A model generated the notes under the pieces. It was not told where the DNA came from. It saw only the letters and a program-made list of their open reading frames with translations, and did not search any database. DNA of 64,000 nt, taken from NCBI GenBank assembly GCA_015680685.1, contig MNCI01002028.1, positions 62,001 through 126,000 on the forward strand, in the 5' to 3' direction. The stretch is from Gnetum montanum. Lineage: Eukaryota > Plantae > Gnetophyta. This document shows positions 34,923 through 48,994 of the stretch, piece by piece. Position numbers and translations under genes: made by a program. Every line of letters starts with the position of its first letter. Positions within the stretch are counted from its first letter, which is position 1.

Positions 34923-37900
34923 CTAACTCCACCTCTGCCTCAAGAAAATCATCCTCGTAGGGACCTTCTTCTTGTGGGGTCTCTTTGTGAGGGTGGTCCT
35001 CTCTACAAGGCTCTTCCTCATGGGATTTCTCATCTTAAGTTTGATCATCTTCATTACACTCCTCCTCGTGAAGACCCTCTTTGCGGGGACCATCATCATC
35101 ATTACGCTCCTCCTCATGAAGATCCTCTTCGCGAGGACCATCATCTCCATTATGCTCATCCTCATGAGGATCCTCCTCATCCCGATCCTACGGTTTCACA
35201 TGATGCACACATTAGCACTACCATCGAGACTACGTATAACAAAAATGCAATAGTCCTATGACTTATGTGTGATGGTCCTGCGTCAACCACAAAAGGAATC
35301 TGCTCCAAATCAACCCACAGGCATTGCATGATCTCGTCCTCGATAAGCTCAAACCAAATGCCATCTCCTAGATCAATTCTAGCCTTAACCTTCTCCTTCT
35401 CCATAGGAGTCCATCGGGGCGGTTCAGGGAAGAAGGAAGGGATAGTGATCTCCCTGCCAGGGAGAGTTATTTTCCTCTCTAGGGAGGCGCTTACTGTCAC
35501 TTGCTCTTGAAACTTTTTGTACACTCCAGAAGCACTGAGAACATCAAGGAATAACCTAAGGGACCATGCTTCAATAGTAGAATCCCTGTAATGTTGGTGG
35601 TAGGTAGCACATTCTCGCTTATACACGTGCTTATGGTCTTTTTGTGTCTGCCCCCATTCTTGGACCATTGCATTGAAATCCTTCCAGTCTTGGTTCTTCT
35701 GGGCTAGGAGATTCATTTGCATCCATTACTCAATGAGCTCACGGCTGGCTTGGACACTATTTCTGATGACCGTCCAATAATGAGCATAGTCAATTACAAC
35801 TATCTACCAATTTTCATCATTAGCCTCCTGAGCTAGCAGAAACTCATTTCGAGACTCCAGGTCCTCAACCCTCCCAGTTAGGAACGTCTTCTCCTTTTCT
35901 ACTTTCTACAACATCTTCCAAAGAGCTTCATTGACATTCTGAAACTCCCATAAAGAGTTGGTTGAGTGTAACCCACATTTACACATTTCATCGTAAAGGC
36001 TGCGTGGCGCTTTGGTCAGCTCCAGTGAGGATTCAAGGGCGGTGTCCAAGTCAACGGGCTCTTTAGGATGCCATCTGAGGTGAGATCCTATAACACAAAA
36101 ATAACAGTGAGATGCAACAAAGATGATGCAAGTTTGTAATACTAATAATCACTCACATATCAATCTCAAGATTGATTTGTTCTAGACAGTTGATCATATC
36201 GTTCGCAATGCCTTCCATAAAGGAAAATTTATCAGGGGCCTCACCCCAATGCTGAGTGGGTGCCACTGACAAGGGCATGACGCCAGCATCATAAGTACCT
36301 GTTACGCAAATAAAAATGAATTAGACATAGTAAGGTAGACATAAAGAATGATTAAGGCATTACAANAAACTCCCATAAAGAGTTGGTTGAGCGTAACCCA
36401 CATTTACACATTTCATCGTAAAGGCTGCGTGGCACTTTGGTCAGCTCCAGTGAGGATTCAAGGGCGGTGTCCAAGTCAACAGGCTCTTTAGGATGCCATC
36501 TGAGGTGAGATCCTGTAACACAAAAATAACAGTGAGATGCAACAAAGATGATGCAAGTTTGTAATACTAATAATCACTCACATATCAATCTCAAGATTGA
36601 TTTGTTCTAGACAGTTGATCATATCGTTCGCAATGCCTTCCATAAAGGAAAATTTATCAGGGGCCTCACCCCAATGCTGAGTGGGTGCCACTGACAAGGG
36701 CATGACGCCAGCATCATAAGTACCTGTTACGCAAATAAAAATGGATTAGACATAGTAAGGTAGACATAAAGAATGATTAAGGCATTACAATAACGTAAAA
36801 CTCAATGCAAAAAAACCCTCAAGGTAGTAACATGAGGTTTTCCCTCTGAGGAAAGTCAAACTCACCAATGCCAAGCTACTTCTCTCTTCCTGGTTTATCC
36901 AAAATGACCTTGGAGTCCTCTACTTCCATCTCCTCCTTGGGCACAGGAACCCATGTGCTACAAACGTTACTAACAGGGGCCTCCTTTTCCAAAATTGGGG
37001 CCCCTTACTCACGCCATATGACTATTGCCCCTGTTTCAAGGGTCAACTCCTCCACATTCTTCTCTTTGTCTGCTACATTACTAACAGTTAATCGAAACAC
37101 TTATAAACACTACGCGACATCACGTCTATACACAGCGTAACAAATATATAAACTAATTATTCATCTCTCTACTTACCAGCTAGGGGATTTTTCCTATGAA
37201 ATTTAATTTGTAGCCTCTTTCCTTGAGTGTTAGTCAGACCAGTGGACTCCACGGTCGGATGATGTTTTTTCCGCTGGACTGAAGAATCCCCTATTTTTAC
37301 TACAAGGTGTTTCCCCCTCGACATACTACCGGTGTAAGAAGGGAGCACTCCACCCATGCTGTCCTAGCCCCATGTACGAAGCACCACCAAACTCTTAGTC
37401 ATAAGTGAAAGCGAATCCCCAATGCCTTCAAGGGGATCTTGCGATTGGGTAGTGCTGAAAACCTGGGAAATCCAAGGTTTGGAAATCTAGTTACGATCTT
37501 GCTACACCCAGATTCCATCCCACTAAACCACCAAGAATTCAACAAAACACCGAAAGCAAGCTATAAAGAAGGTGAAATGCATGTTGAAGCGGGACTCAAC
37601 CTTCTTGTGAAGCTTGACCATTTCAGCCTGCAGACCTTCAGCGAAGTAACTAGCCCAATTAAACCATGTTGCCTCCTCAATAACTTCCCACATGATCCAA
37701 GCCTACTCTATGGTAAGGATTCTTCCCTAGAAAAGCAATTTAGGGAAGGCATGAGCTCGAAATAGGGGATAAATGGTATTAGCCACCTCAAGCTAAATTT
37801 TATCAGCAAGAATCCCTTTCACTTCCTTTTGAACCCCTAGCCACTTCTCTATCTCCTTTTGGTGCTTAGAACTCCTCTTTGATTTCTCTTCTACTGGAAG

Positions 37901-39789
37901 GCCATCAGAGGGAATGCCAAAGAAGTCAGTGAACAGTCGAGCATCAATATCAAAACTTACACGCATGTTATGCATGCACATGTAAAGATGCTCAGCATCT
38001 TTGCTAAAGGAATTAACTAGGGTTAACATTTCTATCGCGGTGACATTGGGGGTTACAGCCAAAAATAGCTCCATTAGTCTAGCTTCTCGAAGGTTACTAG
38101 TTAGGGCAGCTGGGGCCTCACTATGGCTGAGCCAACGTTGTGCTTCTTTTATGTCACCATAATGAAAGAAAAGATTACTCGCTTCATGCCCAGAAGCTAT
38201 AACTGTGATCTCCCATGATTTCTTAACTGTGAACATAAAACCATGGTTTAGACAATATAGCAAAATAAAACAATTTTATACATTGTTTTCATCCCATAAG
38301 ATTCTGCAATGAAACATGCCAGTGTAATTTACCGCATTTGAAGGGTGAAGGAAATGGTGGGATTTTCTCTTGCACATCTGCAATGGTGAGAGGACAATCC
38401 AAAGTTTACTCCTTATCCAGCCATTTGAGCCTTTTGCACTTGGTGAAAAATTTGACATAACGGTTAGGGTAATGTGGTATTTCCAACTCTAGTTGTCCCA
38501 TAACACCAGCACATACATTGCTAATAGAGGTAAACTCCTTTATGGCCATCTCGGTCATAGAAAACACATATGTATCACCTTGGAGACCATCTTGATTGAT
38601 AAAAAACCTATACCACAGAATGTAGAAAATTGTTCATACTTGACACAAATTCAAGCAATGGTTAGCATATCATAACACTATGAACACACTCACCCGCATG
38701 CATAATACACAATGCTAGGCAAATTCCAGAAGTAGGTCGTAAGATGACGAGTCACGAATAGAGTGTTTTAGGCATGATAACAATTAAACCTTGGTATATC
38801 CCAGATCCAAGATAGACATCTCAAACCCTTGGCACTCTATTCGTGATCTTGCACCCACACAGTTTCAACTAAGCTGTCCACCAGAAACATCAAGATGCTC
38901 TATGTTGATCCAACCAGTAGCATCTCTAGAATGGTAGTGGCTGTCTCGGCCAGAAGATGCGACCAAATAATTATGCTGAAATTACCCAACAAAAATTGCA
39001 AAAACTCCTGTGTGCCTCTTTAGAACCAAACCACCTCCTCCTTTACACGAGCATGAGGAGGAGGAACATTGGCCATGGGGACATGCAAGTAGCATAGAAC
39101 GCCCACAATTTCCAAGATGATCAGGATGGGCTTTAGCATAATCCTTTACAATGAAACACACTACCATTAGGAATAGCAATTTAGATATACTAATGATGTA
39201 AGAGCAAAATGATACATTACACAACACTAGATTTTTCGTTACCTTGACTCCCAAAAAATCACAAATTACGTTGGAAATGCATTACCAAAACCGCCCAAAC
39301 CCTTGCGATGGTGCAACATCTGTCCCTGACAATGGCAATAAAAGTAACACTACATATTACCTCAGTGTAACATGAAATCATTATGGGCAAGACAACAGAA
39401 TCCTATCCACACTACATAAAGGTACAACACCTAGACACCTCTATTTATGCATTGTGTTTGCACAGTATTGCCCGAGGTCATCCAAACCCTTGCAACAGTG
39501 CAAGGTCTGTCTCTGACAATGGCGATAAGGTTAATATTACAAACTACAATAGCTTAACCCGTGCAACCAGGTATCAATGCCCAACATAATAGACATCTTA
39601 GAAATAGATACAATTGCGATGCCATAACAATAAAAATAACAAATAGGTAGAAGGGTAAAAGGCAACTTACCAGGCGAGTGGAGTAGCCTCCCATGTTTTG
39701 ACCCTAGCCTTCGAAACCCACTGCAAACTCTCCTGCACTTCATCAATCCTTGCCAATTGGACATGTTTGCCTTTGGTCTTCGGTGCCAT
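34923..39789 (-). pseudogene. Antisense multi-exon accessory gene of C (NIF/HAD-like exon ~38694-39143)
   Basis: Exon 1 MAPKTKGKHVQLARIDEV..|GTAAGT; exon 2 MLKPILIILEIVGVLC...; plant-transposon domain 37793-38263; coiled-coil/C-terminal block 35177-35990; homologous to A, B and D. Confidence 0.78.
34945..35180. repeat. ~48-bp minisatellite encoding the acidic tail of the antisense gene of C
   Basis: Repeats of CCTCCTC(A/G)TGAAGA(T/C)CCTCTT(C/T)GCG(A/G)GGACCATCATC; the minus frame gives a D/E/H-rich repeat. Confidence 0.8.
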
Positions 39790-40362
39790 AGTTACAATTA
39801 GACAACCTTCGCAAAATTTTCTACTTATGCCTTGCTCATGCATTTCTTCTGCTATAGTTGAATTCAAATTTGCAATGTTTACAATTTGCTTTGAGAACGA
39901 ACCACCAACTTATAAATATAACTATTGAAGTTAATTGTTTTTATATCTAATCAATGTGAAACTTTTCTGAAACACATGTTAGTGCGACATGAAGCGTGAA
40001 GATTACAACATTAATCACATAGATATCCTATAAATGACGGTCCAGAAAGACCCTAAACTAACACGTGCCTTATCGCCTCATAATCTGGTCGCATTAACTA
40101 TAGTCTGTACCAAAATTCTAAATCAGCTGTTTTAACACGCTAGACATGCCATGTTACATTTTTCATTATAATTCATAGAAGTCTTACACTAACATTTAGA
40201 AAATCAGGTTTACTGCTTTCTCACAAGTCACGTGTATGGTAACGGTCCGCTAAAACCTTACACTGGAAACCTTTTAACATGCGTCTCTAAAAAGCCTTAT
40301 ATCATTTTAACAAAAAATATGTATATACAATGTAAAAACCTCCATTTTTGGTGGTTTTGTAG

Positions 40363-43300
40363 GTTAATTTGCAAATGGACGCAGCTTTACTCACACCCCT
40401 AGCCCTAACAGGCCCATACAGGAAAACTATTAGACAACTCAACCTTGCACTGATAAGAACTGACGCTTCCCTCTACAACATAACCATAGAGGCCTCAGAA
40501 GTATCCCTAGACTGGCTAGAACATTTGGCCCAAACCCTAGACCTGGAAGCTGGTGATGTGACTGAGGACTCCCTCACTGAGGTCCCTGTGGTTATGCACA
40601 AAGGAGAAAGTAAAACTCTAAAGGTTAGTTCTCTCCTTGACTAACAAACGCAAAGCAACATACTTTGAGTGCTCCAAAATAATGTTGCGATATTCACATG
40701 GTCATACAAAGATATGCTAGGTTTAGACCCAAGATTAATATAGCACAACATAGTTTTAGACCCGAGTATTAAGGTGGTCAAATAGAAAGCACGGAAGATT
40801 AAGCCTAAAATCACGCTAGTGGTGCATGTTGAAATCACTAAGTTGTATCAAGCTAGTTTCATTCACATGGTCAATAATTTAGACTGGGTGTGAAACATCG
40901 TAGTTGTCTCTAAGAAAATGGGAGGAATATGCATCTGTATAGACTTTCGCGATCTAAACAAGGCCACGATTAAAGACAACTTCCCATTATCGAGTATCGA
41001 CCAACTTATCGATACAACAGCTGGCCACACATTACTATCCTTCATGGCTGGGTTTTCGGGCTATAATCAGATTCATATCAACCCAGAACATCAATTGACT
41101 ATGAATTTCATGATCCCCTGAGGAACTTTTTGTTACACCATGATGTCTTTCGGGTTAAAAAATGCTGGAGCAACCTATCAACACGCTATGACATACATCT
41201 TTAGTGATTACCTCTTAGAGAGATTGAACGATTACGTAGATGACATAGCTATCAAATCTAAGTTAGAAGATCACTTAGAAGACCTAGAGTTAATCCTTAA
41301 ATGATGTCTCAGACACGACCTATGTCTCAACCCAAGAAAATGCGTGTTCAGAGTCAAAATCGGGCGCATGTTGGGGTTTTTGGTATCAAATACTGGCATT
41401 TGAGTCGACCCCGACAAGGTTAAAGCCATCGTTAATCTAGCACCACCTACAAACCTAAAAGAACTATGTGGGCTGTAGGGTAGGTTGAAATTTATCAGGT
41501 GATTCATCTCGAGACTAACAGACAAGTTACGCCCCATGCAACATCTACTCAAGAAATGGGTTTACTTCAAATGGACTGAGAATTGCCAACATGCATTTGA
41601 CAATCTGAAGAAAGAGCTGCTATACTTACCAATGGTTTTCCTGCCACAAAGGGATCAGCCTTTCTACATATACTTGGCAAGCTCAGAGGTATCTATAGTT
41701 GCATTGTTATGCCAAAGAAGGGACGACGGGTCAGAAGTTCCTATCTATTATCTAAGTCACGCTCTGTTTGTGTACAAAACATGGTAAAATGAAGTAGAGC
41801 GTAACTGTTTAGCATTGGTGTTTGCACTCAAAAAATGTAGGTACTATCTTTTTCATAGCCAATTCAATATAATCTATAAAAATAACATTCTATGCGCCAT
41901 CAAAAACAATTTATACGAAAGCAGTAGGATAGCCTGCTGGAAAGCTATCATAGCAGAATTTGACTTGCACTACATTGGCCAATCTTCCATGAAAGGCCAA
42001 GCAATAGCTGACCAACTTGTAACATCACCTATTAATGATCAAGCCACGATTGAACCTGAGTTTCCTGATGAACAAATACATAGTTTAAGCCCTGTATCGA
42101 CAGGCCTTGAAGTGGCATTATACTTTGATGGAGCTTCAACTAACAAAGGCGGCAGTGCTGTCGTTGTCATTACACTCTCCCCTGAAGATGTTCACCCATT
42201 GGCTTACCGCCTGGCATTTCCTTGTACAAAAAATATGGTAGAGTATGAGGGGCTCCTTAGGGGATTATTAACAGTCAAAGAACTCAACGTTTAACACCTA
42301 GCAATCCGAGGTGATTCGATGCTCATCATCAATCAAATCACAAGGGTCTACGCCTACAAAGCTGTGCATCTGCAACCCTATTATGATATGGCTAAATATC
42401 TCGTAAAATAATTCATGATAACTAATGTCCAACACGTGCTGCATAATGAGAACACTATAGCTGATGCACTAGCCACACTCGCTTTAAACATGCCACCACA
42501 TCTGTTTTCCACCTGGCCCACTTTAATGATGGAATGTACAGAACCTATCATTCAAGTGGTGTAAATCTCCTCACTAAGCACGGCAGGAATGCCATAATGG
42601 TACGATAACATTAAAGCTTACCTTCTGCATGGTGAACCACCGCACAAGTTAACACCTGCGCAAAAAGATGCAATTCGCAAGCATGCCCGGCAATATCTCA
42701 TCATTGGAGACAGTACTCTCTATAGATCCTCTTTTGATGGGGTATTGCTGACCTGAATTAATAATGACCAAGCACAAAGAATAGTTAGCAAAGTTCATGA
42801 AGGATTATGTGGGGGACACATAGCCCCGTGAGCCATGGCTGCTAAAATCAGACGCTTGGGGTATTACTGGCTATACATAGAATGAGACTGCCTAACCAAG
42901 GTTAAAACATGTGACATGTGCCAATGTTACATAAATCTAATACATGTGTCACCAACTGAATTACATACTACATAGATCACTTGGACATTCCAAAGATGGG
43001 GACTAGACATCATAGGTCCCATCACGCCTAAGTCTTCTGCAAGACATAGCTTCATTATCACTGCCACCGAGTATTTTATGAAGTGGGTTAAGGCTATTCC
43101 CGTATGAAAGATTACATCTCAACAAGTTTGCCATTTTATCTTAGACAATATAGTAACCAGGTTTGGGCTACCCATGACTATTATGATCGACAATGAGCCA
43201 CAATTTAGTAGTACCGAAACCAAATCTTTTTGCAGTAACCTTGGTATCAAGCAATCTTTTTCTTCATCTTATTAACCCCAAGCAAATGGTCAAGTAGAGG

Positions 43301-43839
43301 CAACAAACAAGGTGGTCATCAATCTACTGAAAAAGATGCTCAACAATAACAAAAAATGATGGCATGAAAAAATCCTCTATGTGCTATGGGCCTATCGTAC
43401 AACCTGTAGAACAGCTACCGATAAGATGCCCTACAGCCTAGTCTATGGATTTGAAGTAGTGTTGCCCCTAGAATTATAGGTTTCCTCATTGCGGATGGTC
43501 CTCTCCATGGTTATAAATGAGGCTCAACATAATGAGTCCAGGATCGTGGATTTAGACTCAGTAGAGGACAAACACATCCAGATGCTCGACAACATCGAAA
43601 GGTATCAAGAAAAGTAGAAACAGAAGCATCCTCACAACTTGCATTAGCGACCAATCAAGAAAGGAGACTTGGTTTTCAAAGCCGTTCGTGAACCAGCAGG
43701 AAAATTCTCTACAAGCTGGGAGGGCCCTTTCCTGGTTTTCAATGCATATGACAATAGAGCATTTAGGCTAGCAGACATCAATAGCAACGAGCATTCAAAC
43801 CCAGTGAATGATATGCATCTGAAGCGGTACCACATCTAG
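40363..43839 (+). pseudogene. pol: Element C pol: RT-RNase H-aRH-integrase (degenerate)
   Basis: CIDFRDLNKA, GFSGYNQI, LNDYVDDI, PIYYLSH, aRH LYFDGAS/EYEGLL, integrase HEGLCGGH, WGLDIIGP, NGQVEATNK, SWEGPF. Confidence 0.95.
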
Positions 43840-43869
43840 ATGTCGGCTTGGCTCAAACGCAAGGTAACA

Positions 43870-44265
43870 CTTGTCCGCTATGACATAAAATTGGTGTTGT
43901 AACAAACATCCACTATGATGTAAAATTGGTAGTGTTGTACATATCTGCTATGATGTAAACCTGGCATTTCTTGCATGCGTTTGCCACGACACTAAATTGG
44001 CAAAGTTTTTGACCATTCGCCATGATGTGAAACTGGCAAGGTAAGCATCTGTCTGCTAAGATGCTAAACCAGCACAGACTTGTCCCTAGGTCACGACACA
44101 AAACTATCACCCAAAGCATAGTCTGCTGGGACCATAAACCAACTCTTCCACTATCTTCTACGATGTAAACCTAGCAAGCTTCAATCTACCTAGACTTTAA
44201 ACTGGGACCACGGTCTGCTGAGACTTAAAACCAGCAACAATAGTCCGCCAGGACTTAAAACTAGA
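43870..44265 (+). repeat. Hairpin-TAAAC motif array in the 3' UTR of C
   Basis: About 11 copies, e.g. GTC-CGCTAT-GAC, ATC-TGCTAT-GAT and AGTC-CGCCAG-GACT, each followed by an AAAC(T/C)RG-like tail. Confidence 0.8.
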
Positions 44266-45429
44266 ATCTGCTAGCAGGCAGTCCATGAAGCAAGCGAGCA
44301 TGATCATTCTTGCACTGCATCCCTACTAGATAGATCTGGTAGGACGTTGGAATAGATGCAGTGCTGCTACCCCACTGGCATCCTACTGATTCCTCGGATA
44401 TGTCGAAAGGCATACTACTGACCCCTCGGAGATGTTGCTACGATAGCCACTCTATAGTTGCAGCTCCTAGGGTCAACTTCGCTGCTTGGAGCCCCAAAGA
44501 AACTATGGTTATCCATAGCCTTGGTTGCCTCCACCCATCATAGCCACCAGACTCTGGCTTAGCAGATTCATCTGACTGGTTCTTTGCCCAATCGTTTGAG
44601 CAAGATGAATCTTGCTATCAACAACAACTTCCTGAATCGTGGCATCAACAAAGGAACCCTTGCTTCTTACGACGGTCCCTTCTCCATGGCCCATGCTCTC
44701 CTTCTCGCTTTAGAGGGCACTTGTTTCAATAGCCTCCCTAGCAATTAGGATGATTACTTTTTCTCTCTGTTCTCTATTACATTTGCAGGTTACTTGCTAC
44801 GATGGCGTTGATTGAGAATGCATTCACTAGGAGGTGACGTATCATGGCATTTTGAGGTGGATGCTTAGACTAGCCTGACTACTTGGGAGTGCAAATCTTG
44901 TCTTTCCCTCCATCAAACACCTTACATCACTTTCTCCTTCCCATATCCTTACAATCACCTTTACCCTCTTCTTTTGTTTGTACAGGATGTGAGCATATAG
45001 TCAATTTTTTCGCACCATCATGTCCATGAACTGGTGTAACGTAACTTGCCTCTAAGTTGCAATAAAAAAAATGGGCAAATTTAGCCAAAATGGATGTAAA
45101 ACAGCTCATCTAGGCCTTACAAGCATAACACAACTCATCCATGAAAGCCCTTCATATGCAGCATAACAGCATAACCTCTTGGGAAAACGCTTGTGAAAAG
45201 ATGCCTAATAACATGTTTGCGAAAGTTTCTTGTACACGTGCTTGAGTCTTCCCTGAACCTCCATCCTCTCACTTCTTTAAGATCCCTCCTATCCTCCTCC
45301 TCCCACCTTCGCACTTCCAGGTTTGACAGAGCGACATCTGAGCAATTGCCGACGGATGTTGTTGGTGTCTTTACCCCTATGGTGTTTCATATTCTTTGTC
45401 AACGTCTTTCGAGTAAGCCCTCTAAACGT

Positions 45430-45446
45430 CAACAAAGAGGGGCCAT
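45430..45446 (+). other. Polypurine tract of C
   Basis: CAACAAAGAGGGGCCAT before the 3' LTR (terminal TG mutated to AG). Confidence 0.9.
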
Positions 45447-46974
45447 AGAAACACAAAAATTTCGAGTTCTCAATGGTTCAGCAAAATCCTGCGAGTCAGG
45501 TAAGGATTTGCGACAGGTTGTGGCTTAGCAAGTTCCTTTTTCAGCTAAAGGCCTATTATGCCACACTATACAGTGCAACGTAATAGACTCCAGAGGACAA
45601 AACAAGATAAAGCATGCGCAATGACAAGCCTTCGACTTTGCAAGTTAGCTATGTTTTGAAAATTTTAACTTTTAGCATATTACATCACGTTATGTAATGC
45701 AGCGTGATGTAGTGTAACGCAGCATAATGCAAGAAGAAAGTCCATCTAGTTGCAACAATGGAGATAGTAAAATTTCATACCTCAATGGTTCAGCCAAATC
45801 CCGTGGCTCAAGCAAGGATCTACAACATGTCACACATCTCAGCAAGTTTTATTTTTCAGCTAAGGACCTATTATGCTACATTACATAGTGTAGCATAATA
45901 AACCCTAGAAAGGCTGAACAGAAACAAAGGATGTGCAGCGAAAACACTTCAATTTTTTCAGGTTCACTATATTACACCTAGTTACACTATGTAGCATAAT
46001 GTAGCATAACGTAACGTAATGCAACTAGATAATTGAGATGGCAATACTCAGGCATTGGTGGTTCTTATGCCACGATATGCTCTCTAGAGTATTACAGTGT
46101 AACTGCAGGACAGTTTGTTGCCAAAGCTCTAGCAAGGGTAGATTACGATACATTACGCTTCAAAGCGTAATGCAGCATAGCGTCGCAAGCTTCAAACACA
46201 AACACATCAAGTCAACAGCATTTTGTACGTTCAGGACATGCGTCATCTAAACTGCATTTTTCTCCTAACCCTAACCTTAGAAATACTCTAGTTGACAAGG
46301 ATCAAAGGGGGACAAAAATCTCTCTCGATTGGCAAATTTTCTTTGTGAGCAATTTTCTTTCATTAGCAATTATTGACAACTCTTGGCAAAAATTGGCAAG
46401 AGAACAAAAGAGGATCAGCAACAGTAAGAACATCAAAGGTGATTAACAAGAGCTTTTGATCTAAAATTGCCAGCTAGCAGACATTTTGCTTCGGGTCTGA
46501 CTCCCTTGCACCCAGATTGGCTAGAACAAGGTAGATTGGACTTTGCTTGTTTCATCTTTGAATAGCTTTCTTGTTCTTGGCATGTGCTTCGTTTAAACCA
46601 AATTCTTCCTACAATCATTGTATCAAAAAATAATTTTTTTATAAGCCAAATCCCAGATCTTGGGATTGCACACTCTCTAAATCCAATTTATTGCATCCTA
46701 TCTACATAGATTTTGCAATCTCTTTGAATTGTTTACATTGCTCTTGTTACCTTTGAGATTAAGAATATCACATCTCCTCATTGAAATCAACATCTTGCCA
46801 TCTAGTTATTACAAAATTTTACTGATTAAGTAAGTCCCTGTCTAATCGACAAGACCGTTTAGGACACCTCAAATTCGTTTTCTATAGCATGGCCCTCGCA
46901 TAATTTCGAGGTTGGAACTATGTACATTGAACTCCACTCAGTATTTCCAGCGATCGATGTTTTCCATCATTACA
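45447..46974 (+). repeat. Element C 3' LTR
   Basis: Copy of 29130-30657 ending TTACA. Confidence 0.93.
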
Positions 46975-47011
46975 GTCCTCTCCATCATTACTAACATGTT
47001 TTATTATATAG

Positions 47012-48212
47012 TGAACACCACTATTGATGCCCCTGATCCTTCTTCCTCAATCCGTCTCCGACCATGGACCAAGTCCACCAATAAATTTACCTTTATGGAG
47101 GCAGTGGTCAATGACATGATTGATCACCTTAGGTAGATCAATCCTAAGATAGGTATGTTGAAGTCGCTACATTAGGCTCTCTACGTTGTTGCATTTTTGC
47201 TATGTCATTGTGACTAATGCTCTCCCATGTATGATTAGCAGCCTCTCGTCTCAATTGGGATCCTAGGAAAGCTATTGAGGTCAACACTATGCCTAAACTT
47301 CTATCAGAGGTAGCCGAGGTACCTCGTCACATATACAATAAAACAAGTAAATGTGCATTGTACTCGACAAGCTCCTTATGGGAGTGTAGGTGTGTGAATG
47401 AGGACCTCTGGAAGAGGGTACAAAAACTTGAGAAAGAGAAGGCCAACCTAACCGCTGAGTTGGGAGACCTCCAGTCTAGGAATGAATTTTCGTTGGCCCA
47501 TGACACTTGCGATGGCAGTTGGCATATGACCATTATTGACTATGCAAGATATTGGAGAGCTGTACGAAGTAAAAATGAGACCACTCACGAGATTATTGAA
47601 TAACACATGTAGATGGACCTTTTGGCCCAGAAGAACCAAGACTAGAAGGATTATAATGCAAAGGTTTACGAATGGGGATAGGCACAAAAGAACCATAAGC
47701 ATATGTATAAAATGGAACATGCCACCTATCGTAAATAATACCAGGATGGTTATATTGAGTTACATACCCATAAGCTATTTTGTGATGTCATTGGTGGTTT
47801 TGGGGCCTATGAGAAGTTCATGCACCAGGTGACGATCAATGAATCTCCCGAAAGGGTAATGACCCTACCTACCAGGGAGACCACCACCACCACTTTTTCC
47901 CTAGGACCACCCATATGGACAGCTGTGGAGAAAGGGAAAGTTGTAGAAAGCACTAATCTAGGAGAGAGAAATTGGGCCAACCTCACTAAGGAGGAGATCC
48001 TACAACGTCTTGTAGTTGGCATGGATAGGATACCCCCAAAATGGACGCAGGGCCATCTCAAGTTAGTCACTCTTTATTGTGTCATAGTTGATTTTATGAG
48101 ACCTTTTGCTGTGATTTTGATTTATTGTTTTATTTTCTACCTTATGCAGGATCCAAATGAAGGTGCAAGGCCCAGTGGAACAAGAAATGGTGATGGTGAT
48201 AAAGACTTATAG
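47012..48212 (+). pseudogene. Antisense accessory gene of A, exons 6-8 (approx. 47012-47152, 47242-48061, 48150-48212)
   Basis: PWTKSTNKFTFMEAVVNDMI..PKIG|GTATG..CAG|..WDP; coiled coil LWKRVQKLEKEKANLTAELGDL; PPIWTAVEKGK motif also present in B and C. Confidence 0.78.
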
Positions 48213-48364
48213 TATGGTAGCACAAGATTTTATTTTTGTTTTTTGGATTTAATTTTTTGTAAACATTATTGGTGGATTGAAATTTGATGAAGAATTTAAT
48301 GTAAAATAATTTATTTCATTATATTTATTTTTTATCTTTTTGGGCCCCTTGAAAGCCTCTTTTT

Positions 48365-48760
48365 TTAGTTTTAGATCATTTCGGGCCATTACTTAATGAT
48401 GATTTTTATTTTTGTGTGTTTTTTTTTTGAGAAGTGGAAGTGGAGTTGCTAGTTTTAGGCCTTAGTAAGCCACGATTTTAATTTAAGGTCATTCTAGGCC
48501 ATTACTAGTTTTAGGCCATTTTAGGCGATTACAGTAGTTTATGGCCATTTTGGGCCGTGAAAATAGTTTAAGGACATTTCGAGTGGTTGCTCGATGATGA
48601 TTTGTTTTATTTTTTTTCTTGGTATGTTTGTTTTAGGGAAATAACATTGCTAGTTTTAGGCCATTTTAGGTCATACTAGTTTTAGGTTGTTTCAGGCCAT
48701 TGCAGTAGTTTAAGGCCATTTCAGGCCATGGTGCTAGTTTAAGGCCATCCTAGGCCACAA
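48365..48760 (-). repeat. Hairpin-TAAACTA motif array downstream of gag-PR in A
   Basis: About 10 copies of minus-strand GGCC-YRAAAT-GGCC-T(T/A)AAACTA variants. Confidence 0.85.
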
Positions 48761-48994
48761 TGGTAGATAATCAATGCAAGCAACAGCCATGATGTAAATG
48801 GTGGACATAATGTAAACAGTAGACATGATGCAAATGCGAACAGTAAACATGGTGCAAACAATTAAACAATGTAAACAGTGATCATAATGCTAAAAATGAA
48901 CATAATGCAAATAGTGATCATGATGCTAAAACTAAGATGGAAGGAGATGCAAATGTTAAAGCCAAACCTTTATGGGATTGAATTAGAGGTAATC

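Larger units (their letters stand above)
29130..46974 (+). mobile_element. Element C: full-length Tat-lineage LTR retrotransposon nested in an intron of the antisense gene of A
   Basis: LTRs 29130-30657 and 45447-46974; TSD TTCCT/GTCCT (1 mismatch); PBS at 30664; PPT at ~45430. Confidence 0.94.

Noticed and set aside
34972-35261. His/Pro-rich and hydrophobic plus-strand ORFs resembling metal-binding or membrane peptides
   Set aside because: Alternative-frame readings of the 48-bp minisatellite at the end of the minus-strand accessory gene.
35942-36790. ~425-bp tandem duplication of an antisense-gene exon in C
   Set aside because: The near-identical copies are joined exactly at an N (36366), typical of an unmerged contig or haplotype overlap.
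47289-48212. env-like gene call for the extra ORF
   Set aside because: It is antisense, spliced and located before RT; the apparent hydrophobic stretches in the ORF track come from read-through into T-rich introns.
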